A DNA stretch of 64,000 nt from Eledone cirrhosa (GCA_964016885.1 OZ024745.1:122636001-122700000); one strand, 5' to 3'. Counted from the first letter of the stretch, positions 13,893 through 27,500 are shown. Program-made: numbers and translations. Notes: generated from the letters alone by a model not told the origin.

Positions 13893-14050
13893 TCTCTCCC
13901 TTCTTTCGCCGAAAAGAAGTAAGTGACATAGTCACTATTTTAAAACTGATAGCGTATGGTCTTCTAAATGTTTTTAATTAAACATACGGTATATTGCCAA
14001 ATATACTATACATACAATCATGTATACATCGCTATTTCAGAGCACCAATA

Positions 14051-14107
<57 letters not shown>

Positions 14108-14471
14108 CTTCTGTGTGAGTATCTATAAATATATATATAACAGTTTTTAGGATGACTTCAACTCAAGCTGAGGCTTTTTTAATCTTTAGGCGACAAAATG
14201 CACCATAGAGTAATGTCCCCTTAATACATAATGAAGTCTCAAGGGAAACAACTCTTAAAAATTACTAGCGAGTTAAAGATTAAAGATTAAACTTCAAAAG
14301 TTCCAAGTATATAACCCCACCTCACCCCCAAAACAACAACAACAAAACCTTACATATCGCATAATGATATCACTGATAGTTTATTTATTTATACTCACTG
14401 TTTGGGCTTTTAAATATTTAAAATTAGAAATCAGCATATTTCAAGAAAGATGAAAGAGAAAGAAATGTTAC

Positions 14472-14665
14472 CTGATGCATTGGATGTGTGAGGAATATTT
14501 CAACACTTCTCCCCTCACATAATGGTTTTTCTTCATAGCGTTTAAGTAAATTATTAAAGTCTGGTTTTTGTTTGTATTCTGCTAAAACTTGTAAACTGTA
14601 ATGGTGGTTCCTAACATATTCCTGATAGATACATAACATAGGTAAAAGGATGTCAAAAAGGTCAC
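14472..14665 (-). CDS. RASGRF: Ras-GRF DH exon: [27 protein letters not shown]...FLTHPMHQ
   Basis: ttgacag acceptor, gtaaca donor; 194 nt, phase 1/0. Matches Ras[28 protein letters not shown]...FLTYPMFQ. Confidence 0.96.
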
Positions 14666-14726
14666 CTGTCAATATAAAACAAACATTATTATTATTATTA
14701 TTATATATATATATTATTATCATTAT

Positions 14727-14832
<106 letters not shown>

Positions 14833-14836
14833 CACA

Positions 14837-14877
<41 letters not shown>

Positions 14878-17442
14878 TCATCATCATCATCATCACCGTT
14901 TTACGTCCGTTCTTCCACGCTAGAATGGGTTAGACGGGTTGTCCTGTTGTGGGCAGTGTCCGGTCGGCTGACCTTGTCTTGCTCATACAGGAACTGATTC
15001 TGGCTTGATTTCTACAGCTGGATGCCCTTCCTAACACCAACCTCATTTACAGTGAGTGCTGGGTGCAATTTTTCTGGGTGATGAATTAAGTCAGGCTAGG
15101 CTTCTGCCTGCTACTGGTACCTTGTAACCAAATACAACCTGTTTCATGGTTCAGTGGTCAGCTATTAAACTGGCTCCCCCACCTGATCCTGGTCTAGTAA
15201 GGAGAGTAAGTAGAATCCCAGCAGCACAAAGCACAAGTTCAAATACTGGCCCAGCTTATTTAGATGGTAGACCTTGATCTGTTGCTCAGATTAAAATCAC
15301 TACCTGGACTTGGGGTGCTTTTAATAGAGTTTGTTATGTTACAAGCATTCTGATGAAGTGTTCAGTTTGAGAATAACTTCCTTTCTTCCATCAGTCTGGG
15401 GGAACTTGGAAAAGTAGTCTTGGATATTGTACTTCCTCTCATTTAACCCTTTAGCATTTACATTACTCTATATATACTATTGTATTTTCTCAGTAAAGGC
15501 TATATCTTACATAATTATCTCACATAGTATCAAATCTATGTGATTTTCATATTATTTATCTTAAGAACAATACCCTAACATTGGTATGAGTGGCCAGTTA
15601 CAGCCAGTTTAAACAGAAAGATGTGAGAGAATTCTGGCCGGTTTAAATGTTAAAGTGTTAAGAAATATTCTTATAAAAGTAGGTATTATATTATTCATAG
15701 ATTCAGGATATATCTTCCACCTTTGGCATGTTTAGTGCAACCAAATAGATTATTCAATAATATTTATATAAATGCTCACTGTGAAATGCTGTTAATGAAA
15801 AAGTAGAGGAGCTGATCAGATTGGTCTTTCCATTGCTGATACAATGTACTAGTCACAACTACTGGCAAACAAAATGTAGGATTTGAACTCAGAATGCACA
15901 CAACTGAATCAGATACCATGAACTATACCCCCTTACTCTAATAATCCTGCCAATTCACCACCATTGGACTTGTGTATAATGTATCAAGCCTGATAGGATG
16001 AAAGGCAAAGTTGACTTTAGCAGGATTTGAACTCAGAGCACAGTGAGCTAGAAAAAAAATTGTGGTATTTAATCTAATGCCCTAACAACTCTTGTTTGTC
16101 CAATTTGTTGTCTTGTTAATGACAAAGTTGAGGCAAAGCTCAATAATATCATCACACATGGATAACAACAATCAAAACCCAGCCATTGTTTCTGAAACAC
16201 TTTCATTAACCCTTTTGAGACTATATTTCTCAAGAATTCATTGCTTATCTGTCTGAATTAATTAAGATACATTATCAGGAATTTGAAGAAGGTTAGTAAA
16301 ATAACTAACACACTTATTATTAAACTGATATTTAGGGTGGTGAATTGGCAGTATGAGTAGAGCATTGGACAACGTTTTATGGCATTGAGTTACGGCCCTC
16401 TACGTTCTGAGTTCAACTCCTGCCGAGGTTAGCTTTGTCCTTCAGCTTTACAAAGTCAATAAAGTAAAGTACCTGTAATGCACTGGGGTTTATCTAATCG
16501 ACTTTCCCTCCTCCACACAAAATTGTTGGCCGTGTGCCTAAATCAGAAACCATTATTAACTGTTTAGCATTTAAACCAGCTGTAATCGGCCACTCATACT
16601 GATGTTAAGGTATTGTTCTCAAAATAAATAACATCAAAATCTCATAGCTTCGACATTATGTGAGATAATCATGTGAGATAAAGTGTTTACCATGTAAATA
16701 CAACAAAAATATAGAGTAATGTAAATGCTAAAAGGTTAAGCTAATATTTGGAATATAACTTTAATGGTTTTTAGATAAAAATTAAGAATAGTTTTAAGTG
16801 AAAGGATTCGTATAATGAAACAAGTGGCTGATTTAGGCAATGTGGCATTAAAAGGGTTAATATTTCACTGGTCATCTGAAAAGTGAAATTGTTGTTGTTG
16901 TTGTTGTTCTTTGCCCACTTATTCCTGGGAGCGTTGTGGGGCAGAGTCCTTAACACTTTAGTATTTACATTACTCTATATATACTATTATATTTTCATGG
17001 TAAATGCTTTATCTCACATAATTATCTCACATAATATCGAATCTATGAGACTTTGAAAGTATTTATTTTGAGAACAATACCTTAACATCAGTTTGAGTGA
17101 CCAGTTACAGCCAGTTTCAACAGAAAAAGGTAGAGAATTCTGGCCGGTTTTGGCCGGTTTGGACATTAAAGGGTTAAACACTCCTTCCAGTGGGTCCTGT
17201 CAGAAGCAACCATCTCCAAAGCATGATCTCAAAGCAACTGGCTCTCAAAGCATGACCAGCCAAGCTCATGGATGTTATCCAACCATCTTGCTCGGGGTCT
17301 ACTCCCGGGTCTCCTGTCAGTTGGTTTCGTCTGTAAAATCTATCCAGCGATTCTCTCCTGAGACATTCTAACCACATGTCCATTGTATCAGAGCTGTTAA
17401 CGAATAAATTTTGATTTCAATATAAACAAAATTTTAACTTAC

Positions 17443-17522
17443 CTAATACTAATGTGGGCCAATTTTCTAACCTTGCTGATAATCCTTTTAAGAAGATTTG
17501 GTGTAAAAATAGTAGAGTTTCG
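17443..17522 (-). CDS. RASGRF: Ras-GRF DH exon: (S)[26 protein letters not shown](G)
   Basis: ctttcag acceptor, gtaagt donor; 80 nt, phase 2/1, compatible with both neighbours. Matches RasGRF SETIMFLHQIF..GLKAR...WPTLVL. Absent from the ORF track because it is short. Confidence 0.95.
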
Positions 17523-19021
17523 CTGAAAGCAATAAAATAAGGTTAAGTTGAAGCTTTTCTCATGAATGTTTTAAATAAATTTCAAAATATGTTCATAGAT
17601 ATACAAAAGCAAGAGCTTTGAGGTTATTTTACCCACAAAACTAGAAGTAGGGCTTTCTTCACCATCTTACAATAAAAAAAAATACAAACAAGGAAAGCAA
17701 AATTGGAAAAGAAACATTGGATAATGTGACCCTAGATACTCTCTGTCTGAAATATTAAAACTATGTAATAATTATGGCTGGAAGGCTTTTTAATCATAGA
17801 TCTACATTATCAAAGTCAACTTAATGTTAAACAACAATAATCACAATTACAACAACAAACTCATGAACATTGTTCTAAGTTCAAATATTTTATACATTCA
17901 GTATTTTAATGCAATAGTCACAGATAGTGTATGTCTAAGGGAATTAAGATGCATTCAGTGACATTTGATGCCTAATCTAAAGTATGTCTTAAGTCAGAAG
18001 GCTTGTTAGGCCAGTGCTTATCCTAGTTTCATGGTGTAAAATGACTGAGTGTACAAGACTTTCCCCTGGAGAGGACGCCAGTCCATCACAGGGTTAAACT
18101 CCCAGCTATTGCTGGTATTCATTTTCAGCTGAGTATACTGGAGCAATGTGAAATGAAGTGTTTTGCTGAAGAAAAGAACACGCAACCCAACCCAGGAATC
18201 AACCCACGACATTATGATCATAAGCCCAACATCCTTACCACTAGGCCACACACCTCCACACAATATGCCTAATACACAAGTCAATTTAATATCACTGCCT
18301 GGGATTTGGCTCTCTCAGTTAACATTTCTTTTGCTCTTTCCTACATTCTGGATGTTGCAGTGAAAGTGAGGGTCAATCCATTTGTAGCCAAATGGAATAA
18401 AATTCTAAAATACTAGGAATTATCAGCAAATTATTTTTTTCAGTCTGTGGCATTAGAGACATATGTAAGAGCTGGGATGTTGATGTTGTGCATTTGAAAA
18501 TATGGGATTTCTTGTAATGTTCTTTTTTTGTCATATTTAGTGTTTTTTTAATGTAAAATAAAATTATTATTTGATTTTCCAGCTGCTGTATTGATATGAA
18601 TCACTTACAATAAAATTCCACCGGAGTTAGATTAGCAAAATTTAATAAGTGGTTGTGGTAGTGGTGGGGAAATCGGTAAAAATAATAATTGGAGTGTGTG
18701 ATCAGGGTAAATCACTTAGCCAAGGAATCATTACATCATCACCATCATCATCATCATTATGAACACTGCTATTCAATTACTTGCACCCTTGAAATCTCTG
18801 GTCACACTGTATCAGGCACATCAATCTTCCTTCACCTACACTCTATTCTATGGTGACCTGAACAATCCAAAAGTGAGTACACACAACAACCGAATCAATG
18901 CCACCACACAACCACACAACCGCACATCATAACACTAGAGTCACTATGCTAGTGTCGTCCATGAAAATTATGCCAGGCTCTCTGAGAACCCCGGTAATCT
19001 TTTTATTATTTAATACTTCTA

Positions 19022-19243
19022 TAGCACGGTGGATTGGCAGTATCGGTAGAGGGTTGGACGCCATGCTTTGCAGCAGAGAGTTAAGGCCCTTTATGATCTG
19101 AGTTCAAATCACGCCAAGGTTAAATTTGCCTTTCATCCTTACGGGGTCGATAAAATAAAGTACCAGTCACGCACTGGGTCGATTTAATCAACTTTCCCCT
19201 CCCCCAAAATTGCTGGCCTTGTGCCTATATAAGAAACCATTAT
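19022..19243 (+). mobile_element. tRNA-derived SINE with Meta-like central domain (representative of ~20 copies)
   Basis: A-box-like TGGCAGTATCGGT, B box GAGTTCAAATC, domain TTTGCCTTTCATCCTTACGGGGTCGATAAAATAAAGTACCAGT, and a tail ending agaaac(a/c)attatt. Copies at about 5183-5407, 6232-6480, 7380-7572, 16335-16558, 20183-20823 (cluster, -), 25655-25842(-), 27337-27520(-), 30735-30985, 33885-34225(-), 39760-39846, 45585-46185 and 47678-47869. Confidence 0.85.
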
Positions 19244-19420
19244 TTAATACTTTTAAGCAGGAACCTATAATTCTTATTGTATTTATTATTTATCCTATTT
19301 TTATCAAAGTATATTAAAATGTTAGGCACCATTGACAAAAGATTTCGAATGAAGAAAAAATATGTTGTCTATTCATCAGGTGAATTTCACATTCTCCGTT
19401 CATATATATATATGTCGAAT

Positions 19421-19695
19421 AGGCTATGTAGCCGGTAAACCCTAAATGGACGGAATACAGATCGCTATAGCATTTCACCATCCCCTTCCTTCTGTTGTCT
19501 GTATCTGTTTATGTATTTATGTGTAGATGTGTGTGTATGTAATTAAAGTGTAATGCACATTATGAATGGATGGCGAAATGATTTTAACTAGTTTTTTAAC
19601 AACTGATGGTGGAAAAAATTTCAAATTGTCTTAACAATTGTCTAAATTTAGGCCACAACTCATGGTGTCTGACATTCTTACCGGCTACATAGCCT
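19421..19695. mobile_element. Non-autonomous DNA transposon with 18-bp inverted repeats
   Basis: AGGCTATGTAGCCGGTAA ... TTACCGGCTACATAGCCT perfect inverted repeat around a non-coding interior; superfamily not determined. Confidence 0.65.
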
Positions 19696-21266
19696 CTTCT
19701 CAAATATACCAAAACACACACACACAAACACACACATATATATAGTAATAATAAATATGAAGACTAAAATCTGAAGAGGGCTCGATAAAGATTATATATA
19801 TATAAAATATATATATAGATATATAAACCCGTACAGCATATTTATGATAAGAACAGATTAAAGTTCTTATAATAAATAAGAATCGCTGCTTTCATCCTTA
19901 ACGGGATCTTCTGTATGTATATATAAATACATACTCGAGCCTATAAGAGAATACAAATAATAACGAGCCCTAACCCTGCCCCTAACGTGTATAGACAATG
20001 AATCTGGTGAATCGGGCAAGATAGATTCATTTCCTTTATTTGAGATATATTGTTATCGATACCCACAAAATATATATAGAAATAGAATTTAAGATTTAAA
20101 AAGTATATCAGAATCATAGGTTAAAAATGTCAAATATATAAAATATTTGGCACTGAAAAACAACTCTTTATAAATAATTAATAGTTTCTACTTTTGGCAC
20201 AAGGCCAGCAATTATCCCAGTGCATTACTGGTACTTTATTTTATCGACCCCGTAAGGATGAAAGGCAAAGTTAACCTCGGCATGATTTGAACTCAGATCA
20301 GAAAGAGACGTAGCTCTGTGCTGCAAAGCCTGTTGTCCGACCCTGTACCGATACTGCCAAACCACCACTCTTTATAAATAATTAATAATTGTTTCTACTT
20401 TAGGCACAAGGCCAGCAAATACCCAGTACATTACTGGTACTTTATTTTATCGACCCCGTAAGGATGAAAGGCAAAGTTAACCTCGGCGGCATTTGAACTC
20501 AGGCCATAAAGGGCCGTAACTCTTTGCTGCAAAGCATGGTGTCCAACCCTCTACAGATACTGGAGAGCTAATTATATTACTAAATACCTTTAAATTCTAG
20601 ATTATTTGAACTCAGATCGTAAAGGGACGTAACTATGCTGGAAAGCATGGCGTCCAACTCTCTACCGATACTGCCAATCCACCGCCCTATAAATAATTAA
20701 TAATCGTATAAATAATTAATTGTTTCTACTTTTGGCACAAGGCCAGCAATTATCCCAGTGCATTACTGGTACTTTATTTTATCAACCCCGTAAGGATGAA
20801 AGGCAAAGTTAACCTCGGCGGGAATCGTATAAATAATTAATAATCATAGATAAGTACTTTTTTCGAACCCATATCAATCAAATGTTACATAAAAGAACAG
20901 AGAAAAAGAAAGCGAATACAGATTACTAATATCAAGGGAAATAAGTATAACATATACAAAGAACGGTTACCTCCCTTGAAACAATTTGGCGTCTTAGAAA
21001 CTTTTGACTTTATCGTTTTAGCGATCATGCTAGGACACCAGCTTTAAAGGATTTGTTTGTGTGCGTGTGTATATATTACCTCAAAATTGCTCTATTGTGT
21101 GTGATGTGAAAAGTCATGGTGAACGCACATATATATGTAATCGGTCATGAAAGACGCTGTTCGAAAGTTAGTAAATAACGTCTCTGCAAGACCTTCGATC
21201 ACCGAACTAGAAAGTTCCTGTGTGTGTGTATGCATACACAAACACACACACATACATACATATACA

Positions 21267-21300
<34 letters not shown>

Positions 21301-21303
<3 letters not shown>

Positions 21304-21625
21304 TATACCCCCAGCATTCGCGGTCCCGGTTATTCGCGGAATTTTCCTTAGAACCTAACTAATAATTATTTGTGGAAACCACTGCATATTCGCGGAATCG
21401 TAAATATCTTCTGCGATATTTTAATGGCTTTTTTCGTGGTAATATATATTTTTTCAGGCTTTTTAGCGCTAAATTATTAATAACAATATACCATATTTGC
21501 TGGCCTATATTTTATGTTATATTTTGATGTTTATAGGCATTTTTATGGACCACGTCCAATATTCGCGGTTTTTCACTCTATCGGGTGCTCTACGAACGTA
21601 ACCACCGCGAATACATGGACAACTG
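21301..21625. mobile_element. Tigger/pogo-like MITE
   Basis: TA|CAGTATACCC..ATTCGCGG...CCGCGAATAC..ACAACTG|TA imperfect TIRs, with repeated ATTCGCGG subterminal motifs. Confidence 0.7.
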
Positions 21626-21629
21626 TATA

Positions 21630-22230
21630 TGGGTTGGTGTCTATGGAGCAGTCTCTTCAATGAGGGTCCCGAGAGTACCAGGTGTAATTCAGTCTTTCCC
21701 TATGGGACACATGTTCTTTTTGTTCTTTTACATGTTACTACCCTGGCATTTTGGTGTTTGCTGAGAGAAGTAGGGTAGTTATTTTCGGTGAGAACTCTTT
21801 GGAATTCCACCATGCTGGTATGTCTGTTGTAATCCTCACTGCATCTGTTGCATATCTGGGAGATCTCATTCCGTATATAGTCCATTTTGGTTCTGTAGGG
21901 AAGAGCAGAGATGTGGTGCCCAAAATATCTCTGCAGGCTTCCTTCCTGTAAAATTTGGTGAATATGGATCTCTCCTCTGTGACTCTTAGTGTAAAGTGTT
22001 GTAGAGAGAGGGATCCAGTGGTGTCTGGATGTTCAACCTGAAATTTTATGTGTGTCAATGCTTTCAAAGATGTAGATCTTGACAGCTTCTTTATGTGCTG
22101 AAGTGAGTGTAAAGATGTCATCCAGATACCTGGAGAAGAAGGAGCAAGAGTGGCAGGGAGTGAGTGATGTGTGCTCCAGCTGGTCCTTGTATATGATTGC
22201 CAACAGACCTGAAAGACTTAATCCCAATTG
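21630..22230 (-). mobile_element. Penelope-like element RT fragment (decayed)
   Basis: GLSLSGLLAIIY..QLEH...FSRYLDDIF..., then IKFQVEHPD..GSLSL.HF.L...TKFYRK across frameshifts: the PLE RT motifs MGSPLS, YVDD, I.FT.E, L.FLD and YRK. Confidence 0.8.
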
Positions 22231-22424
22231 AAGTCCTGGGATTTGTCAGAGATAAATAATAGGTCAGAAATGCACAAGGCAGAGTGGTTACTGAACCGAC
22301 TCCACACATGTGCATGCATTTATGAAACACAAAGACAAGTTAGCGAAGAAAATTCTGATTGGTCGTTTATTTTGTCTTGGATTGTTTCAGTTGTGCGGCT
22401 GAAAAGAGGGTCTAAAGTCTGTCT

Positions 22425-22680
22425 TAAGCCAGAAGCCTCATTGGGCCGGTGCTTATCACGGTTTCATGGCGTGACTGAGAGTACAAGACTCCCCTCTGGA
22501 CAGGACGCCAGTCCATCACAGGGTTAAACCACCAGCTATTGCTGGTACTCATTTTCAGTTGAGTATACTGGAGCAACGTGAAATGAAGTGTTTTGCTCAA
22601 GAACACAACGCACAACCCAGGAACCCACAACATTATATTGTAAGTCCAACACCCTTAACACTAGGCCATGTGCCTCCATG
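22425..22680 (-). mobile_element. tRNA-derived SINE with CORE/V-like domain (second family)
   Basis: Head TGGCCTAGTG..., then GTGTTCTTGAGCAAAACACTTCATTTCACGTTGCTCCAG...AATGAGTACC. Copies at about 18010-18258(-), 25165-25400(+), 26300-26420(+), 38590-38725(-), 44655-44780(+), 57140-57320(-) and 63795-63950(-). Confidence 0.75.
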
Positions 22681-22890
22681 AAAAGAGGGTATATGCACTG
22701 AAATATCATTCTAAAATACACTGGGTAAAATATTACTTTGTGTTGTTTTGTATAAGGATGGTTTATATTTGTTAATTGGTAATTTTTCTTTTTTTATTCA
22801 GCAATGTCATCTGCAAATTGTTAAATTGGAAACATTTCTCCCAGTGCATATTCCTGTATGTCCAATCAGTGGAATCTTTCTTTGGTGGAC

Positions 22891-23150
22891 ATCATCATCA
22901 TCATTGCTTTAATGTGTGTTTTCCCATACATGTTTGGGTTGGACAGGTCCTTTTCAGCATGGCATCTGTCCACTTGTCATGTTCCTTCATCATCTCTGTG
23001 AGTCTCAGTGATTTGAAATCAACTCTCACAACCTTTGCTAAAGTCTTTCTTGGTCTACCTCTACTTGGTCTACCCCTACCTCCTTCCACTAGGATCCCCT
23101 GGCATTTCTTCATCCAGTGATAATCATCAATATGTATCACATGTCTGACA
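22891..23150 (-). mobile_element. RTE-type LINE 3' end with (GAT)n tail
   Basis: H..KKCQ.I.VEG.R..GRPRKT...V..D.K.L.L..M C-terminal motif followed by a gatgatgat tail. Related fragments at about 26040-26280, 37690-37900, 38000-38370 and 49500-49710. Confidence 0.7.
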
Positions 23151-23551
23151 ATCATGCATCATTCTAATGTAATTTTCTTCACACCAGCATTATGTTAAAT
23201 CATAGACGAGATTACCAGATGAACATGTGAAATTGTTCTTAAGTGTAAAAGTTTGTCCATCTTTGAATCTTTGAACACCATGCTGGGCATGGTGTTCAAA
23301 GATTTAGATAATCATATAAATGCACCAGTTTTAGTCTCATGATTATTTTGTCAATTTCTATATATATCAAACATCTAAGTTGCAATGGTTTTGACATAGA
23401 GATGCAACTTGACATCAGTTTATGCTGATTAACACACACATATACACACACCCATGGGCTTTTTGCACAGGTTCCAGGTTCCAAATAACTCTCACATTGA
23501 TCAAGCAAAGGTTACAGTAGAATTCATTTGCTCTATATACTTCACAGTTGG

Positions 23552-24509
23552 CTCAACTATCATATAGCTTGGAAGTGTCTACATCACATAGTAATGTCTG
23601 TAATACTCAACTATCATATAGCTTGGAAGTGTCTACATCACATAGTAATGTCTGTAATACTCAACTATCATATAGCTTGGAAGTGGATGTCTACATCACA
23701 TAGTAATGTCTGTAATACTCAACTATCATATAGCTTGGAAGTGTCTACATCACATAGTAATGTCTGTAATACTCAACTATCATATAGCTTGGAAGTGTCT
23801 ACATCACATAGTAATGTCTGTAATACTCAACTATCATATAGCTTGGAAGTGTCTACATTACATAGTAATGTCTGTAATACTCAACTATCATATAGCTTGG
23901 AAGTGGATGTCTACATCACATAGTAATGTCTGTAATACTCAACTATCATATAGCTTGGAAGTGAATGTCTACATCACATAGTAATGTCTGTAATACTCAA
24001 CTATCATATAGCTTGGAAGTGTCTACATCACATAGTAATGTCTGTAATACTCAACTATCATATAGTTTGGAAGTGGATGTCTACATCACATAGTAATGTC
24101 TGTAATACTCAACTATCATATAGCTTGGAAGTGTCTACATCACATAGTAATGTCTGTAATACTCAACTATCATATAGCTTGGAAGTGGATGTCTACATCA
24201 CATAGTAATGTCTGTAATACTCAACTATCATATAGCTTGGAAGTGAATGTCTACATCACATAGTAATGTCTGTAATACTCAATAATCATATAGCTTGGAA
24301 GTGGATGTCTACATCACATAGTAATGTCTGTAATACTCAACTATCATATAGCTTGGAAGTGTCTACATCACATAGTAATGTCTGTAATACTCAACTATCA
24401 TATAGCTTGGAAGTGGATGTCTACATCACATAGTAATGTCTGTAATACTCAACTATCATATAGCTTGGAAGTGGATGTCTACATCACATAGTAATGTCTG
24501 TAATACTCA
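23552..24509. repeat. Minisatellite, 17 units of 54/58 bp
   Basis: Unit CTCAACTATCATATAGCTTGGAAGTG(GATG/AATG)TCTACATCACATAGTAATGTCTGTAATA; 8 short plus 9 long units make 954 bp; no spacers. Confidence 0.97.
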
Positions 24510-27500
24510 TTACAACGAAGGTTCAGTATTTTATGAAATGTTTGCTTTATATAATCAATAATTGATTGTCTCAAAAATAGAGTGAACGAAATGTCACTTT
24601 TATGGTCAAAGTTCCATGAATTTGTTTCACATTATTGACCTTGTGTCTAATAAATCACTAAATCCATCTCCCATCTATCTTTTCTACAGATCAATAACAA
24701 AAAGATTAGTGATGGATAAAAAACTTATTTTATTCAACCCTTATGATACTTAAACTTGTGAAACCACTGATGGTTTTACCATATAAAGCAATCTGTTTTT
24801 TTATATTTATTTATAAACCATCGTGATTTTATATAAGAACCATTTGTTAAATTATATTCCAAAGACTACATAGATAAGGAGAAAGTTAGTTATATTACTA
24901 AATCTAACTAAATTCTTGATTATTTTCAAAACTCTCTTCTTCTTATCGTGTCCACAAGAGTGTCAGTTACAAGGCTTGACTAGATGTAGTTCTGCCACAG
25001 CTGAACACATTGCTCTCCTTTCTCATTAAACTCTGCCAAGTCCAATGCTGTGTAGGAGTGTTCCAGCAGGGGACATATAAGGAGGTGCTGCAGAGTCTGT
25101 GGTTCGATGCTGCAGTCACACACACTTGTAGTTATACTGCAGCTATTTGGTGGAGGCATAACACCCAGTGTGTAATGCTGTTAGACTTATGGTTATAATA
25201 TTGTGGTTTTGATTCCTGGACTAGGTTGTGTGTTGTGTTCTTGAGTAAAACACTTCATTTCCCGTTGCTCCAGTATATTCATCTGAAAATGAGTACCAAC
25301 AATAATTGGGAGTTTAACCTTGCAATGGTACTCTGTCCAGGGGAAGTCTTGTACTCTCCATCACTCCACACCATGGAAACCAGGATAAGCACAGGACAAA
25401 GCTGAAGCATATATACAGTCTGCCCCAACCCACCCTCCCATACAGCCCCCATGAGGACAGGCTGAAGTAAATGCATCCAGTGAAGCCCCTAGCCCACATT
25501 GTAAAGTGGTCGTGATGCTGACACAGCAAGAAGTGCCCAGCCCACACTGTAAAGTGGTCATATAACAACCATGTCAGCATGAATGTCCTTAAGAGCTAAA
25601 CCCTTTTTCTGCTGGGACTTCATACCACCAGTATGTATTGTTCTCAAAATAAATAATTGTTTCTACTTTAGGCACAAGGCCAGCAATTACCCAGTACATT
25701 ACTGGTACTTTATTTTATCGACCCCGTAAGGATGAAAGACAAAGTCAACCTCGGCGGGATTTGAAATCAGATCGTAAAGGGACGTAACTATGCTGGAAAG
25801 CATGGCGTCCGACCCTCTACCGATACTGCCAATCCACCGCCCTTCCACCGTTCTCAAAATAAATAATATCAAAATTTCATAGATTCATATTATGTGAGAT
25901 AATTATGTGAAGTAAAGCCTTTACCATGAAAATACAATAGTATATATAGAGTAATGTAAATGCTAAAGGGTTAAACATCCCCATTTTATAAGAGTGACTT
26001 TTGCACGTCCAACACTAGATCTTAGTCTGTTTAGGCATTTCCACACTGCATAGTTATATCTGCTCCATTCACTTTCCCCATGCTTGCATGAGTTGACAGG
26101 ACGTCCCCAAAACAACATTTACATTCCTTTGTCTTCACCTTTGTGAGGTTCAGCATTCTGAGATCAACTGATAAGCTTTTATCACTGCTACCTATCTCTT
26201 TCTTGATCTTCCTCTTCCACAGCTTCCATCGACTTGAAACTCCTGCCACATCTTTATTCAACTTTTATCTTCCGTATATATTACATACATTTGCGAAAGC
26301 ATGTGGCTGAGTGGTTAGAGAATTGGATTTGCAATCGTGAGGTTGTGAGTTTGATTCCCAGACCGGGTGATGTGTTATGTCCTTGAGCAAGACACTTTAG
26401 TTCACATTGCTCCTTCTACCTGGATTTGTGACCGATAGATAGTATTAGCAATTGGAAATACCAATGGAAACATTGTTTCCTCAGTCCAATTTGATGAGCT
26501 CCACCCCACTAGTTAAGCAAATGAGGTCTGGGGATCTTGTCAATCGACTGTTGATATTATATCCACCAGTGTAGTCTTCTCTCTTACATGCAACATCTCA
26601 TTCCTCTTACATCTAATCTTTCTTTTCCTCAACTCATCTTTTCTTCATTACACCTGTACCCAACACAATACATCCAGTTAATCTCACTGTGTTTCTTTCC
26701 ATCCTTTACACAGCCTTTGTATTCAAAGCTCACCTCTCACTACAATACAATATTCCACTATATACTAAAGCATCATTCAATCTCCCTTTTGGTTGGAGAC
26801 AGAACCAACTTTTAAACATTTTATTGGTGTTTTTATTTTTAATAAAGTAAGCCATCATTATTTTCCTCACATTCTATTTTAGTTTCCTTTTTCACCTTTA
26901 CAGAAGTCATTGATTACTTTTTGTCAAAATGCCAGCTTATTAACTGTGGTTACCTGAGATTTTGTTGTCAAAGTCAGGTGTTATTTCAAAAGAATATGAT
27001 CCACAGAGGCATTTTCCTATAATGTGTGTTAGCAGACCACCTAGAACAAGTTTGGACGATTTTCAAAATGTTTTTGTAGGTTATATATGATAGTCTTACA
27101 TTTTAAATATCAGGTTTTATATGATAAAGTTACCTTTATACAATAAAATGATTTTATTATGTGGATAATGTTTCCCTTTGAAATTAAAGTAAACTTGATC
27201 AGGTAGCAACAACTCCTCATTGATGAGAATGTTTTGTAAAATTTTATAAAATAAATACTTCTAAAAATTTACAATTTATTATGGAAGGAAAAGATTAAAC
27301 ATTTGTTTAGTATCAAAGTAATTATATATATAATAAATAATTGTTTCTACTTTTGGCACAAGGCCAGCAATTATCCCAGTGTATTACTGGTACTTTATTT
27401 TATCGACCCCATAAGGATGAAAGGCAAAGTTAACCTCGGCGGGATTTGAACTCAGACCATAAAGGGCTGTAACTCTTGCTGCAAAGCATGGCGTCTGACC

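Noticed and set aside
23552-24509. CRISPR-like array or repeat-protein ORFs (also 63310-63621)
   Set aside because: Contiguous near-identical units with no unique spacers, no cas genes, and a eukaryotic intronic context; the ORFs are by-products of unit lengths divisible by three.
26300-26370. tRNA-like sequences with A/B boxes (many SINE heads)
   Set aside because: No complete cloverleaf, and each continues into SINE body domains, so they are annotated as SINEs rather than tRNA genes.
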